Below, piece after piece: positions 43,101-51,121 of a stretch of DNA of 64,000 bases (within the stretch, counting starts at the first letter, position 1; each line of letters opens with the position of its first letter). The translations under genes were made by a program, and so were the position numbers. Origin of the DNA: Clostridia bacterium (lineage in GTDB: Bacteria > Bacillota > Clostridia > Peptostreptococcales > Acidaminobacteraceae); contig JAFGVN010000053.1 of NCBI GenBank assembly GCA_016937975.1, positions 34 through 64,033 of the forward strand, in the 5' to 3' direction. Below the pieces are notes generated by a model that saw only the letters and a list, made by a program, of their open reading frames with translations, was not told the DNA's origin and searched no databases.

Positions 43101-43709
43101 GGTATCAATAATTGCAACAACTAAACCTTCACCAGAATATCCTAATGCTTGGTTTGCGTATGCAGATTTAGTCAACTGTGAGGAGTTTGTCATCATCGGT
43201 GTCATATCTTGCGGTCTTGAATACTCATTTGCAATTGACACAGACTTTACATTGTCCATTTTTTCAAGTTTCTCTAAATCACCATATTGCATTGTTACAG
43301 AAAAACCATTAAATACAGTATCAAACTTTTGATGCACTTCTAAAGTGCTTATTTCTGAATTTAATGCCTCTAATACAATGTTTTGTTCTTTCTCGATAGC
43401 ACTTGCCATTGATGTCACTGAGGATTCACTTAAATCTGTGAACTTAACACCTTGCACAGTTGCTTGTTCGATCATTGGTGTTAATTGTAATTCTACAATA
43501 ACCCTTACTTCATCCTCGGCTTCCAAGTCTGAATTTCTCAAATCTTCAGACAATTTCGAGCCATTAAAATCTTTCTCAAACGTCATTCCAGTTAAATCTA
43601 TAGATAATTCTTCTACATCAACTGGAGTATAGTCTGCGAAAGATATACTGCTAAACACCATCATGAATACCATGAGTAATGCAAGCACTCTTCTCATACT
43701 ACTTCTCAT
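37173..43709 (-). CDS. Cell-envelope subtilase (S8, C5a-peptidase/lactocepin-like) with PA domain, long helical insertion, Ig-like domains and C-terminal SLH anchor
   Basis: 2178 aa. Domain order:
- Signal peptide (MRSSMRRVLALLMVFMMVFSSISFA).
- Catalytic D202 (AIIDTG), H269 (HGMHVAG), N364 (SAGNS), S584 (SGTSMASPH).
- PA-like insert (GKIVLVSRG...AAGIIVYD).
- Helical segment at aa ~785-1205.
- Pro/Thr linker.
- Big_2-like domain.
- Three SLH repeats (aa ~1985-2145). Confidence 0.9.
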   Translation of the reverse strand: MRSSMRRVLALLMVFMMVFSSISFADYTPVDVEELSIDLTGMTFEKDFNGSKLSEDLRNSDLEAEDEVRVIVELQLTPMIEQATVQGVKFTDLSESSVTSMASAIEKEQNIVLEALNSEISTLEVHQKFDTVFNGFSVTMQYGDLEKLEKMDNVKSVSIANEYSRPQDMTPMMTNSSQLTKSAYANQALGYSGEGLVVAIIDTGIDFNHKDMQMDPTLVDEELTAKEVGLIVQTEGLPGKFFTAKVPYGYNYMDRDWEIRDLGAGASMHGMHVAGTVAANGEIKGVAPNAQVLAMKVFGNDPEFPSTFGDVIIAAIDDSIKLGADVMNLSLGSSAAFVDENDPEQQAITRATENGIVMAISAGNSAYYGYNSGQAFPYATNPDVGVVGSPGLVAESLQVASVDNYSTLYNNTVVVEGLDNPIMGYGKDGWAGSYELVAIGGDKLGSPDNYADLDVTGKIVLVSRGAYSFFDKTENAAAQGAAGIIVYDHGLAQFYKDQGAWAVPFMMISKADGLILEALLAEQPVVNFTATNEGYSNPASGQVSSFSSWGTTPDLSFKPDIAAPGGNIWSLANNNGYQYMSGTSMASPHAAGGAALVLERIKEDPIFNKLGLTEQQLVNFAKNILMNTAVPVQEEYGFASVRKQGAGSMDLEKALTTPAVVWEPNSGLAKVNGGEIKNNKLNFSLRIRNFGNETIAYDLGIYTQIQDAYKGYNLLSTDAMQGVGYQVTIGGEPVNGPIVLGPKAVKTVKFSYDFTYAVNYAGQTVKEIFPNGNFVESFVFFNQSEAYVAIAENAYNEAVEARDENLLLIETLTAELAQLELDLVTKQDEIDAKQIEVDEAQALVDANQVEIDTYVSENAAEVEDVLALIEKINAAKANLDTAMNAYNESKGNLISNAQDYSIATLFQGNYTFLSEIFNAIDDIDEGSVYPNPWAEAQRAELISKINHMISILNEYEAVVNTLTVEDFLGLSQVERAEKLNALTSKVQELQAELKFIDMILDMADFESYKTWIEEVKRPEIEARIANLEGKLANEQAKETPDEVKIAELQGKIQNTLDRKAKWNIELTKINKSVLFHSNVNQGINLNQVILDNTKDILEEAVIVDNAKAALSLLQATYDETDLTDYDAYLEGLSALEDAKLESEEAYNALIEALALLQAEYDQMMLDQETKNIAKEEAEALTEGFEAAVLPLYNALVEAGLVFDRTVDLSVPVMAFYGEWSDAPGFDAPRHNADSFYNVSGYIQAIGEDLYYMDPVSVFSPNDDGYKDIIIPYITLLRNMMNVNVQVVSESGDVLKTLAIRDAMRKHFVDGDGPKATFMEDALFDGTVNYEVLPDGNYFLRYTGQLATGEQQTQDIPLMIDTVAPVIVTNGYNYETGKFSISAYDELSGVENYYLLEPVFDENYDLVNLKVLESNDTGIFDISKLENPPMFVAYAVSDFGGNEALSPRLVQLVKGTVPAVTLNVEPFGIITEREFTLEGLVTDMLLDTVAVDGEEVNYEKLDNGNYAFTKEMAFEKDGKTGIFVEAEDILGNRLGFTRWFYIDSQAPVVELKSDENVVAPFEKIYLEQGTTSIDISVFTGDNFPSLTVKENDSVIYFEEHDFVAYEDEIQPIEFAYDKTIDLHPGLNYYVVSASDAAGTLTENVYMFYVLKDGETYPEATTLVINGPDKIVNKHNEGSKTSYSYELLDQYGDLFPQVGSPVWQIEVLENESVEENDVRNILVDDNGLVSINAYNFNITNDVKLDLQLDGFHVGKVVSVEVPSYFEGIRVPFEGDLFIYDFETDSFSISLEEDATLTLDIISEFYDQYDQLMKLDDTWTVSGNENVSINEEGKVVINNNAEGAFTMTPNAPEANHVSFVYNIIRLEPETPDVPSTPVTPPTVTPSPAPVVQTPKVTLNEDAIELEVGTEAEVSTFDLDATVTGTDQTTVVWSSSDDTIATVDANGLVTAVGTGTATITAALETGTAKATASVEVLLVGDEVTPLGDVTFNQPYMSGYPDGTFKPEGTITRAELAVVFSKILGLNVETTMGQKFGDVDASHWAYNYVNAVARAGIFSGYEDGTFRPDQEITRGELAATFSKFWSFQNIEVKADPVAQLTDSANHWAAAHIFRLFNAQVLDQSLTAYAPDAPALRGQVVLMINKLIGRDALEVETSKFKDVNDMTLIGAIEAATQTTVKLND

Positions 43710-43767
43710 TTCTAACCATACCTCCTCGGTTTAAAAAATATAGTCCCCTTATGACTATAATTATATA

Positions 43768-43799
43768 AATTTGACTTTTATGGAAATAAAAGTCAAATT
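43768..43799. repeat. Perfect 14-bp inverted repeat (AATTTGACTTTTAT-GGAA-ATAAAAGTCAAATT) upstream of the protease gene
   Basis: Read directly from the sequence. Lies 59-90 nt upstream of the protease ATG, next to a TATAAT (43765-43760 on the minus strand). Confidence 0.85.
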
Positions 43800-43806
43800 A
43801 TAGACA

Positions 43807-43832
43807 CGAAAAAAGCTGATAATCATCAGCTT
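43807..43832 (-). terminator. Intrinsic terminator inside the 540-bp SLH-protein/protease spacer
   Basis: Hairpin AAGCTGAT-GATT-ATCAGCTT plus TTTTTCG on the minus strand. Confidence 0.75.
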
Positions 43833-44196
43833 CACTTAACTGAACTTTGATTATCGTCCAATCTCTTCTCTAATTTCTCTCTCATCGCAATCAACCACAA
43901 TTGCTTCTAACCTATTCTATATAACTTTTATGACAAAATCTATTAACTATTTCTTAACTTACTCAATGTAAGATAAAGTTAAGAAAATGTAATAAAAACC
44001 ATTACATTTGGTTAATAATTAGTTTCTTATGAAACAAACAAATGCTAATAACTTGAAATTTTCGACCAAATGAAACTCAAATTCTAAAAGGTTTAATGAA
44101 AATATTGAGTTTATAATGGTATAAAATTGAGACTCTATTAATCTTTCAGTTATGAATCTTTATATGAAATTTCTATTGTTCAACTAAGATTGTCTA

Positions 44197-44228
44197 TAAA
44201 AAAACAAGATTCATAAATGAATCTTGTC
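44197..44228 (-). terminator. Intrinsic terminator after the SLH/Fn3-repeat protein gene
   Basis: Hairpin ACAAGATTCA-TTTA-TGAATCTTGT plus a 7-nt T-run. Confidence 0.85.
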
Positions 44229-44249
44229 TTAATTTATCAACATTTTTAA

Positions 44250-45926
44250 TTAATTTGGCATAACTACGGTAACTGTATTTCCTGCAATCTTTTGATCAGA
44301 ATAAACAGCAGTTACAGATATATGATAGGTTTCACCTGAAATGAACCTTTCAAAATCTCCACCATTGTATTGGGTATATGGGTAGATTTCTGCTTTATGA
44401 GTTGAAAGATTGGTAATCCAATATGCATAACCATTCTCTGGATATTTTGGTGAATCATCTGACTTAGATGCAACAACTTTATAACCTTGCAAACCATCAG
44501 TTGAAATATTGTTCCAAGTGACTTCCAAATGATTGTCTACAACCACAACATTGACCACTGGTGTTTTCTCCGCTACAGTGGCTGGTTCTTCTAATTCACC
44601 AGGCATTGTCAATTGAATAACATTACTCGATACTTTACCCGAGTTATAAACTGCAGTGATGGCTACATAATAAGTTTCACCTGCTTTAAAACCACCTTCC
44701 ATATCACCGCTTGAATAATAAGTTCCTACTTTGATTTCTGCTGAACGATTGGATAAATCAGTAATCCATTTAGCATAACCATTGTCTGGGTACATAGGTG
44801 TGCTGTCTGATCTGGATGCTACAACCTTATATCCTTGTAAACCAGACATATTAATCTCTGACCAATTGAGTTTAAAGCCATCATCAATTGCTGTTGCTGT
44901 TAAAACAGCTTCCATACCCTCTTCATTCACTGCAGCAGGCATAGTCACTTCTATGGTATTTGAAGAAACTTTATCATCACTGACTAATGCTGTGATTGAA
45001 ATATAATAAGTTTCACCTGGTTCAAATTTCAAGAAGTCTCCACTGTTATAACTGTCGTAATTATAAATCTTTGCTTCTTTAGTTTGTACATACTTAGCAT
45101 AACCATTTTCAGGATATACAGGTGTAATATCACTCTTTGAAGCAACTACTTTATAACCACTGACTGTTTGCTCTGTTTCATAATCCCAAGTTAGTGAAAC
45201 ACCTCCATCAATGGTTGTATAATCTAAATTAAATTCGCCTTCAGACAAAACAATTTTTTCATCATCAAAGACAATCTTTTCTTCTTTTATAACTGACATC
45301 AATAAAGCTGCAGCTTGAGCTCTGGTTAAAGTATCCATTGGTTTTAGATATTTTAAACCATCAATTTCATAACCGCTCATTAAGTTGTTATATACAGCAC
45401 TAGCCATATGATTTCTTAAATTAGATGAAATCTCATTTTTGTCTTCAAAAGAATCCAGTACATATGACATGGAGTCATCCAATGGTTTATTTAAGGCTTT
45501 TACAAGTGCAACTGCCATATCTTCTCTTACTGCATGGTCCTGTGGTTTAAAAACAACATCACCATTTCTACTCCATCCAGTTAAATAAGGCATTGCTGTT
45601 TCAATCCATTTGTTTGCCCAATAACCTTCTGCAACATCGATAAAAGTATTACTTGGCTCTTTGATGTCCAATTTTAATGCTTTTACCATCATCACAGCAA
45701 ACTCTTCTCTTAATACAGGGTTATTCGGCTTAAATGTGCCATCTGGATAACCTGAAATAATACCATATTCACTCATGGTCATTACAGCAGTATAAAACCA
45801 ATCTCCTTCATTGACATCACTAAAAACTTTTCCTTGATTTTCAGTATTTTCTTCACCTTCAGCATAAACAAATGTACTCGCCATGAGTACTAGGATCAAA
45901 AGCATACTGATTACTCTCTTCAACAT
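44250..45926 (-). CDS. S-layer-homology (SLH) cell-wall protein with three tandem Fn3-like repeats
   Basis: 558 aa. Signal peptide, three N-terminal SLH repeats (aa ~33-215), then three repeats of about 105 aa sharing GYKVVASKSD..P.YPENGYAKW and GETYY.SITAVY. Confidence 0.85.
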   Translation of the reverse strand: MLKRVISMLLILVLMASTFVYAEGEENTENQGKVFSDVNEGDWFYTAVMTMSEYGIISGYPDGTFKPNNPVLREEFAVMMVKALKLDIKEPSNTFIDVAEGYWANKWIETAMPYLTGWSRNGDVVFKPQDHAVREDMAVALVKALNKPLDDSMSYVLDSFEDKNEISSNLRNHMASAVYNNLMSGYEIDGLKYLKPMDTLTRAQAAALLMSVIKEEKIVFDDEKIVLSEGEFNLDYTTIDGGVSLTWDYETEQTVSGYKVVASKSDITPVYPENGYAKYVQTKEAKIYNYDSYNSGDFLKFEPGETYYISITALVSDDKVSSNTIEVTMPAAVNEEGMEAVLTATAIDDGFKLNWSEINMSGLQGYKVVASRSDSTPMYPDNGYAKWITDLSNRSAEIKVGTYYSSGDMEGGFKAGETYYVAITAVYNSGKVSSNVIQLTMPGELEEPATVAEKTPVVNVVVVDNHLEVTWNNISTDGLQGYKVVASKSDDSPKYPENGYAYWITNLSTHKAEIYPYTQYNGGDFERFISGETYHISVTAVYSDQKIAGNTVTVVMPN

Positions 45927-45988
45927 GACTTACCTCCTTCACATATTTTCTATTCTAAAACTTAAACATACACAAACAACTTTTCTTT

Positions 45989-45997
45989 ATTATATCA
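45989..45997 (-). promoter_or_regulatory. Extended -10 element (TGATATAAT) for the SLH-protein gene
   Basis: Minus-strand TGATATAAT about 60 nt upstream of the RBS GAAGGAGGT. The -35 is weak. Confidence 0.4.
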
Positions 45998-46092
45998 AGA
46001 TAATCCACATCCTAATCATATTTGACTGGAATGTAATATCACCTTAACGATTGTCATGGTTCTGTAATCTAATGTCTAAAACCTGTAAATTC

Positions 46093-46101
46093 TGATATAA
46101 T
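46093..46101 (+). promoter_or_regulatory. Extended -10 element (TGATATAAT) for the dehydrogenase gene
   Basis: Plus-strand TGATATAAT 39 nt upstream of ATG 46140. The -35 is weak. Confidence 0.4.
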
Positions 46102-46139
46102 AGTATTTAATGAATATACCAAGAAAACAGGAGGTCAAC

Positions 46140-47099
46140 ATGAAAATCGTGATTATGGAACCTTTAGGCATCTCTAAAGAGAATCTAGATACATTATTAT
46201 TACCTTTAAATAGCCATAATATACAAGTTTATGATACTAAAGCATCTGATGATGATGAAATGATTGAAAGAGCTAAAGATGCAGAGATCTTAATCATTGC
46301 CAATACACCACTCCCTGGAAATGTTATTTCAAAGTGTCCTCACTTGAAAATGATTTCTGTCGCTTTTGTGGGTATTGATCATATTGATCAAGAAGTATGT
46401 AAAAAACAAAATATTCTCATCAGCAATGCTGCTGGTTATTGCGATGATGCAGTTGCTGAACTTGCCATTGGTTTAACTTTATCTGTTCTTAGAAATATTC
46501 CTAGAGGCGATCAGTACACCAGACAATTGAAAACAAAAGATGGCATCATTGGAAATGAACTCAAAGGTAAAACTTTTGGTATTATAGGTACGGGTGCCAT
46601 AGGAACCAGAACCGCTGAAATTGCAAAAGCCTTTGGTTGTAGAATTATCGGCTGCAACAGAACAGAAAAAGAAGCATTTAAGGCTTTGGGAGATTATACA
46701 ACTTTAGATAATCTATTACAAACAGCTGACATTGTGTCGCTTCATACACCATTAACTAATGAAACCAAACACCTGCTCAATCAGGAAAAACTGGATTTAA
46801 TGAAACCTTCTGCAATACTCATTAACACAGCAAGAGGTCCGATTGTTGACAATCAACACTTAGCTAAAAAACTACAAGAGCATACTTTAGCTGGCGCTGG
46901 CATTGATGTATTTGACATTGAACCTCCACTTGATGCAAGTGACGCCTTATTAACTTGTGAAACAGGTGTTTATACACCGCATGTGGCTTATGCAACACAT
47001 GAATCTATTTTACGAAGGGCTTCGATTGTCATTGAAAACATTGTCTTATGGATGAACAACGAGCCAACGCGAGTCATGTTGAATGCATCACATCACTAG
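46140..47099 (+). CDS. D-isomer-specific 2-hydroxyacid dehydrogenase (NAD-binding)
   Basis: 319 aa from ATG 46140 (after GGAGGT). Motifs GIIGTGAIG, ARGPIVD and catalytic-His region TPHVAYAT. The only plus-strand gene in the window. Confidence 0.88.
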   Translation: MKIVIMEPLGISKENLDTLLLPLNSHNIQVYDTKASDDDEMIERAKDAEILIIANTPLPGNVISKCPHLKMISVAFVGIDHIDQEVCKKQNILISNAAGYCDDAVAELAIGLTLSVLRNIPRGDQYTRQLKTKDGIIGNELKGKTFGIIGTGAIGTRTAEIAKAFGCRIIGCNRTEKEAFKALGDYTTLDNLLQTADIVSLHTPLTNETKHLLNQEKLDLMKPSAILINTARGPIVDNQHLAKKLQEHTLAGAGIDVFDIEPPLDASDALLTCETGVYTPHVAYATHESILRRASIVIENIVLWMNNEPTRVMLNASHH

Positions 47100-47510
47100 A
47101 AATAGTGCCAACCAATTACCAATAACTAGATATGGACCGTAAGCCATAAAGGATTTACGGTCCATTTTTTTAACCGTAATCATATATAAGCCACCTAAAC
47201 CACCTAAAATAATACCAATGGTTAAACCGTAGCCCGCCCACTTAAGGCCTAATAGCATGCCAGAAGCATATAAGTATTTCACATCCCCCATACCAAAACC
47301 TTTTGTAATGATAACAAGCAGAAATAAAGCAGACCCTAAAAGTAATGACCCCAGTATTGCACTCAGATAATTTCCTTCCATGACCATAAAAACTACACCA
47401 ATTAAAAATAATGCACCATTGATTTTATCTGGTATGATCCGTTCCTTCAAATCTTTGTAAATAATATATATTCCTGTAACAACTAATATAGCAAGCTTAA
47501 ACCAAATCAT
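47088..47510 (-). CDS. tadV: Type IV prepilin peptidase, short TadV/CpaA type (A24 family)
   Basis: 140 aa polytopic membrane protein. Two Asp motifs, RIIPDKI and GMGDVKY. Last gene of the tad cluster. Confidence 0.85.
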   Translation of the reverse strand: MIWFKLAILVVTGIYIIYKDLKERIIPDKINGALFLIGVVFMVMEGNYLSAILGSLLLGSALFLLVIITKGFGMGDVKYLYASGMLLGLKWAGYGLTIGIILGGLGGLYMITVKKMDRKSFMAYGPYLVIGNWLALFLVM

Positions 47511-47531
47511 AAATCTCTCCTTTAAGTCAGT

Positions 47532-47864
47532 TTAGCATATACTCATCACATCACCAACTGAAACGTTATCAAAGGCATTTTCATGAGATTCAATGACATA
47601 CTTGCTGTTCTTAATTGGCATAATCATTTTATTTTTCTTTAATCCTGTTAGTTTCTCAATCACGACCATATCTTGATCTAAAAACAATACGTCAATGTTG
47701 AATTTCATAAAAAAGGTATGAATGCTATTACAAGGTTTAATTCCTAAAGCTTTCACAGGCGGCTTCTTATAAAACATAAAACCACGGAGCCTCTTCATAA
47801 AAGTGTCTGCAATTTGTATTTCATCAATTAAAACATGATTTTTATGATACAGTTTATAAATCAT
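47532..47864 (-). CDS. DUF192-family protein
   Basis: 110 aa. Pattern ADTFMKRLRGFMF...KPCNSIHTFFMKFNIDVLFLD matches my memory of the DUF192 (COG1430) consensus. Confidence 0.7.
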   Translation of the reverse strand: MIYKLYHKNHVLIDEIQIADTFMKRLRGFMFYKKPPVKALGIKPCNSIHTFFMKFNIDVLFLDQDMVVIEKLTGLKKNKMIMPIKNSKYVIESHENAFDNVSVGDVMSIC

Positions 47865-47872
47865 TTCTCCCC

Positions 47873-48778
47873 CTATAATACATTTGCCATTTGAATAAAA
47901 GCTGGACCCAAAATGATTACAAAGATCGTTGGGAAAATAAAGATCATCAAAGGGAATAGCATTTTAATAGGTGCTTTCATAGCCTTTTCCTTTGCTGTTT
48001 GCTTTCTTTTTTCTCTCAATTGATCCCCTTCTATTCTTAGGATTTTACCTAAACTGACACCTAACTCATCGGCTTGAATCATACTTGAAAGCAGCATGGA
48101 TAAATCTTTGTTCCCCACTCTTTCAGACATAGCTTTTAGTGCATCTTTCTTTTCAATGCCCATACGCATCTCTTTAAGGGTTTGTCCAAATTCCTCTGAC
48201 AAAGGTCCTTCTATATTACTTACAATACGTCCAATGGAACCATCTAGTGAAAGACCGGCTTCTACGGAAACTGTAATTAAGTCTAAGGAATAGGGTAAGG
48301 ATTTAACAATCTCTTGTGTACGCTTGGTGATTTTCTTTGAGATTAAAAATCGATAAATCATGTGTATCAAGAAAGAAGTTACAATTGCTAAAGTTAGGGC
48401 ATTCCCTACATTACCTGTTAGGATTAAAGTAATGACAATGGAGAAGGTTGCAGTAATTGCCATAAACACAGCTTTTCTGGCAACAAACTTCTCGTAAGTC
48501 GTTTCACGTAAAACACCCGCCTTCTCTAACATCTTCTTATTTCTTGAAGATTTGTAAGAAGGTGAAAACTTAAGTAAAAAACTTCCAAGACCCTTTAAAA
48601 TAACTGAAGCAACTGATTCACCATATTCATTTTCTTCTCGAATCCACGCTTTATCCATGTTTTCAATTGAAGCAACTCTTTGTGCCATTTGAATTTTTGT
48701 ATCATTAACCGTAATAAGAATAAAATAGGTAAAAAACAAGGTTGCAACAAATACAAACATAATTGCTAAATATAACAT
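47873..48778 (-). CDS. tadC: Tad pilus platform protein TadC (T2SSF family)
   Basis: 301 aa from ATG 48778 (after AAGGAGG). TM, cytoplasmic T2SSF-like domain, then TMs. The track ORF is 7 codons longer. Confidence 0.85.
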   Translation of the reverse strand: MLYLAIMFVFVATLFFTYFILITVNDTKIQMAQRVASIENMDKAWIREENEYGESVASVILKGLGSFLLKFSPSYKSSRNKKMLEKAGVLRETTYEKFVARKAVFMAITATFSIVITLILTGNVGNALTLAIVTSFLIHMIYRFLISKKITKRTQEIVKSLPYSLDLITVSVEAGLSLDGSIGRIVSNIEGPLSEEFGQTLKEMRMGIEKKDALKAMSERVGNKDLSMLLSSMIQADELGVSLGKILRIEGDQLREKRKQTAKEKAMKAPIKMLFPLMIFIFPTIFVIILGPAFIQMANVL

Positions 48779-48788
48779 TACAACCTCC

Positions 48789-49739
48789 TTATAAATCAAT
48801 GGTAATGATTTTTCTTATAATCATAAAGCCAACAAATTCGTTAAACACACACATCCCTAACAAGATCAATCCAATCTTGGTTTGGAACAGAAGCATAATA
48901 TATTCTCTATTAAATAAATAGATTGTAGAACCTAAAAAAACGGGAAGTAACATGACGATAAAACCAGACATTTTACCTTGTGCTGTTAAGGTATTCATTT
49001 CATTCTTTATTTTTTGACGATCTCTAATCGTACCAGAAATATTTTCTAAGATTTCAGATAAATTACCACCAATATCCATTTGTATTAATATCGCATTGAC
49101 AACGAGTTTCATATCAGCAGAATTAACTCTCTCAAGTAAATTTGAAAACCCTATCTCAATAGGAATCCCAAAGTTCAGTTCCTTCAAAAGAATCTTAAAC
49201 TCTTCTGAAAAGGTGCCTTGTGTTTCTCGGGCTGCTATAGAAACAGCCTGCATAAAGGAATGCCCTGCTTTTAGTGCATTTGAAATTAAAACCAAACCAC
49301 TGTTCAACTGATCATTAAAATCATCTAGCCTGTTTTTTATCCTTCTGTTAATAAATATATTAGGGATATTCCAAACACCAAAAACCATCAAAGCTACCAC
49401 AAAATAATCTTGCTTTACAGTATAAGCTGTAAAACCAAGTACTGATCCAAACAATAATTTATAAATCAAAACCTCTTCAGCTGTCAGGGTTAAATTCGCT
49501 CGAATCAACTTAGATGCCATTTTTGAGCCTTCTCTTTTAGGTACTAATTTACTTAGACCTGCCAAAGGCGACTTTCTTTGTTTTTGTTGAATCTTCTTAT
49601 CTTCAATAACACGACGCATGGGATCCAAATCACTTAATCTTTCTACAAATCTTTCCTTAACAAATAAGACTTCAAAAAGCCAATAGAAAAAGATTAGAAC
49701 ACCAAAGAATACAATAAAAATAACGATTTGTAAAAGCAT
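48789..49739 (-). CDS. tadB: Tad pilus platform protein TadB (T2SSF family)
   Basis: 316 aa with the same topology as TadC. Directly downstream of tadA. Confidence 0.85.
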   Translation of the reverse strand: MLLQIVIFIVFFGVLIFFYWLFEVLFVKERFVERLSDLDPMRRVIEDKKIQQKQRKSPLAGLSKLVPKREGSKMASKLIRANLTLTAEEVLIYKLLFGSVLGFTAYTVKQDYFVVALMVFGVWNIPNIFINRRIKNRLDDFNDQLNSGLVLISNALKAGHSFMQAVSIAARETQGTFSEEFKILLKELNFGIPIEIGFSNLLERVNSADMKLVVNAILIQMDIGGNLSEILENISGTIRDRQKIKNEMNTLTAQGKMSGFIVMLLPVFLGSTIYLFNREYIMLLFQTKIGLILLGMCVFNEFVGFMIIRKIITIDL

Positions 49740-49776
49740 ACACTCACTTCCTTTATGGAAAATAACTTCAATTCAT

Positions 49777-51111
49777 TTATTGGAAAATACTTTGTGGTAA
49801 TTCTATACCATGGTTTCTTAAATTTTGTAAGAAACGTGGCAGAATTCCTGTAAATTCAAAATCTCCAATCACTTTACCTCTATTATCAATGCCCTTTTGA
49901 TTAAACTTAAATATATCTTGAAGTATAATGACATCACCTTCCATACCAAGAACCTCTGTGATATAAGTAATTTTTCTTGAGCCATCTTGCAATCTAGATT
50001 GCTGTACAATTAAATCTACTGCAGATGATACTTGATCTCTAACGGCACGAATTGGTAAATTCATCCCTGACATCAAAACCATGGTTTCAAGCCTTGATAA
50101 CATATCTCTTGGTGAGTTGGCATGGGCAGTGGTCAAAGAACCATCATGACCAGTATTCATGGCCTGCAACATGTCTAGCGCTTCACCGGAACGGACCTCA
50201 CCAACAACGATACGGTCAGGACGCATCCTCAAACTGTTTTTTACTAAATCCCGGATACTGATTTCGCCTTTGCCTTCAATGTTGGCTGGTCTTGTTTCCA
50301 GTCTAACAATATGAGTTTGAATCAATTGAAGTTCTGCAGCATCCTCTATGGTAACAATTCTTTCATCATCTGGAATAAAGGATGACAAAACGTTTAAGGT
50401 TGTTGTTTTACCAGAACCAGTACCACCAGAAACTATAATATTTAAACGACCTTCAACACACGCTCTTAGAAGTTCGGCCATCTTTGAGTTCAAAGTACCA
50501 AAACCAATGAGATCTTCTACCATAAAAGGATCTTCTGAGAACTTACGTATGGTAATTGAAGGCCCATCAATCGCTAAAGGTGGTATAATTGCGTTCACAC
50601 GGGAACCATTTTTTAATCTGGCATCTACCATTGGTGAACTTTCATCAATTCTTCTACCAATGGCACTAACAATCTTCTTAATAACATGTAGGACATGATT
50701 ATTATCTTTGAAAACAGCATCAGCTAATTGTAATTTACCACTTTGTTCGACAAAAATCTGTTTAGGACCATTAACCATAATCTCAGTAACATCTGGATCT
50801 TCCAAATATCTTGTAATCGGTCCAAATCCAATAATTTCATTAAGAAGTTCTTCTTGAATCTTCTTTTTCTGAGCATTGGTCATATTCAAGGATTCTGTCT
50901 CAATGTGCTTTTTAATAATCAGCTCAATTTCGGTTTTTAATTCATCATTATCTTCAGTAATCTCAGTAAAATCAATGTCCAATTCCCCAATAACCTTGTT
51001 TTGGATCTTGGTTTTTAAACCTGAAAAGGGATCTTTTATATTTTCAATCTGTTGCTGTCTTGGTTTTGCGCCTGTTTGATTTGCCTGTTCAAGTCTTTGT
51101 TTCAATGACAT
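49777..51111 (-). CDS. tadA: Tad pilus secretion ATPase TadA/CpaF
   Basis: 444 aa. Walker [11 protein letters not shown], Walker B-like RIVVGEVR, and [13 protein letters not shown] typical of the CpaF/VirB11 superfamily. Confidence 0.93.
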   Translation of the reverse strand: MSLKQRLEQANQTGAKPRQQQIENIKDPFSGLKTKIQNKVIGELDIDFTEITEDNDELKTEIELIIKKHIETESLNMTNAQKKKIQEELLNEIIGFGPITRYLEDPDVTEIMVNGPKQIFVEQSGKLQLADAVFKDNNHVLHVIKKIVSAIGRRIDESSPMVDARLKNGSRVNAIIPPLAIDGPSITIRKFSEDPFMVEDLIGFGTLNSKMAELLRACVEGRLNIIVSGGTGSGKTTTLNVLSSFIPDDERIVTIEDAAELQLIQTHIVRLETRPANIEGKGEISIRDLVKNSLRMRPDRIVVGEVRSGEALDMLQAMNTGHDGSLTTAHANSPRDMLSRLETMVLMSGMNLPIRAVRDQVSSAVDLIVQQSRLQDGSRKITYITEVLGMEGDVIILQDIFKFNQKGIDNRGKVIGDFEFTGILPRFLQNLRNHGIELPQSIFQ

Positions 51112-51121
51112 AACTTCACCT

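Noticed and set aside
43829-43882. 17-codon ORF (MREKLEKRLDDNQSSVK) ending in the 43807-43832 terminator, as a leader peptide or small protein
   Set aside because: It has no recognisable Shine-Dalgarno sequence or conserved-looking features. It is kept only as a note within the spacer finding.
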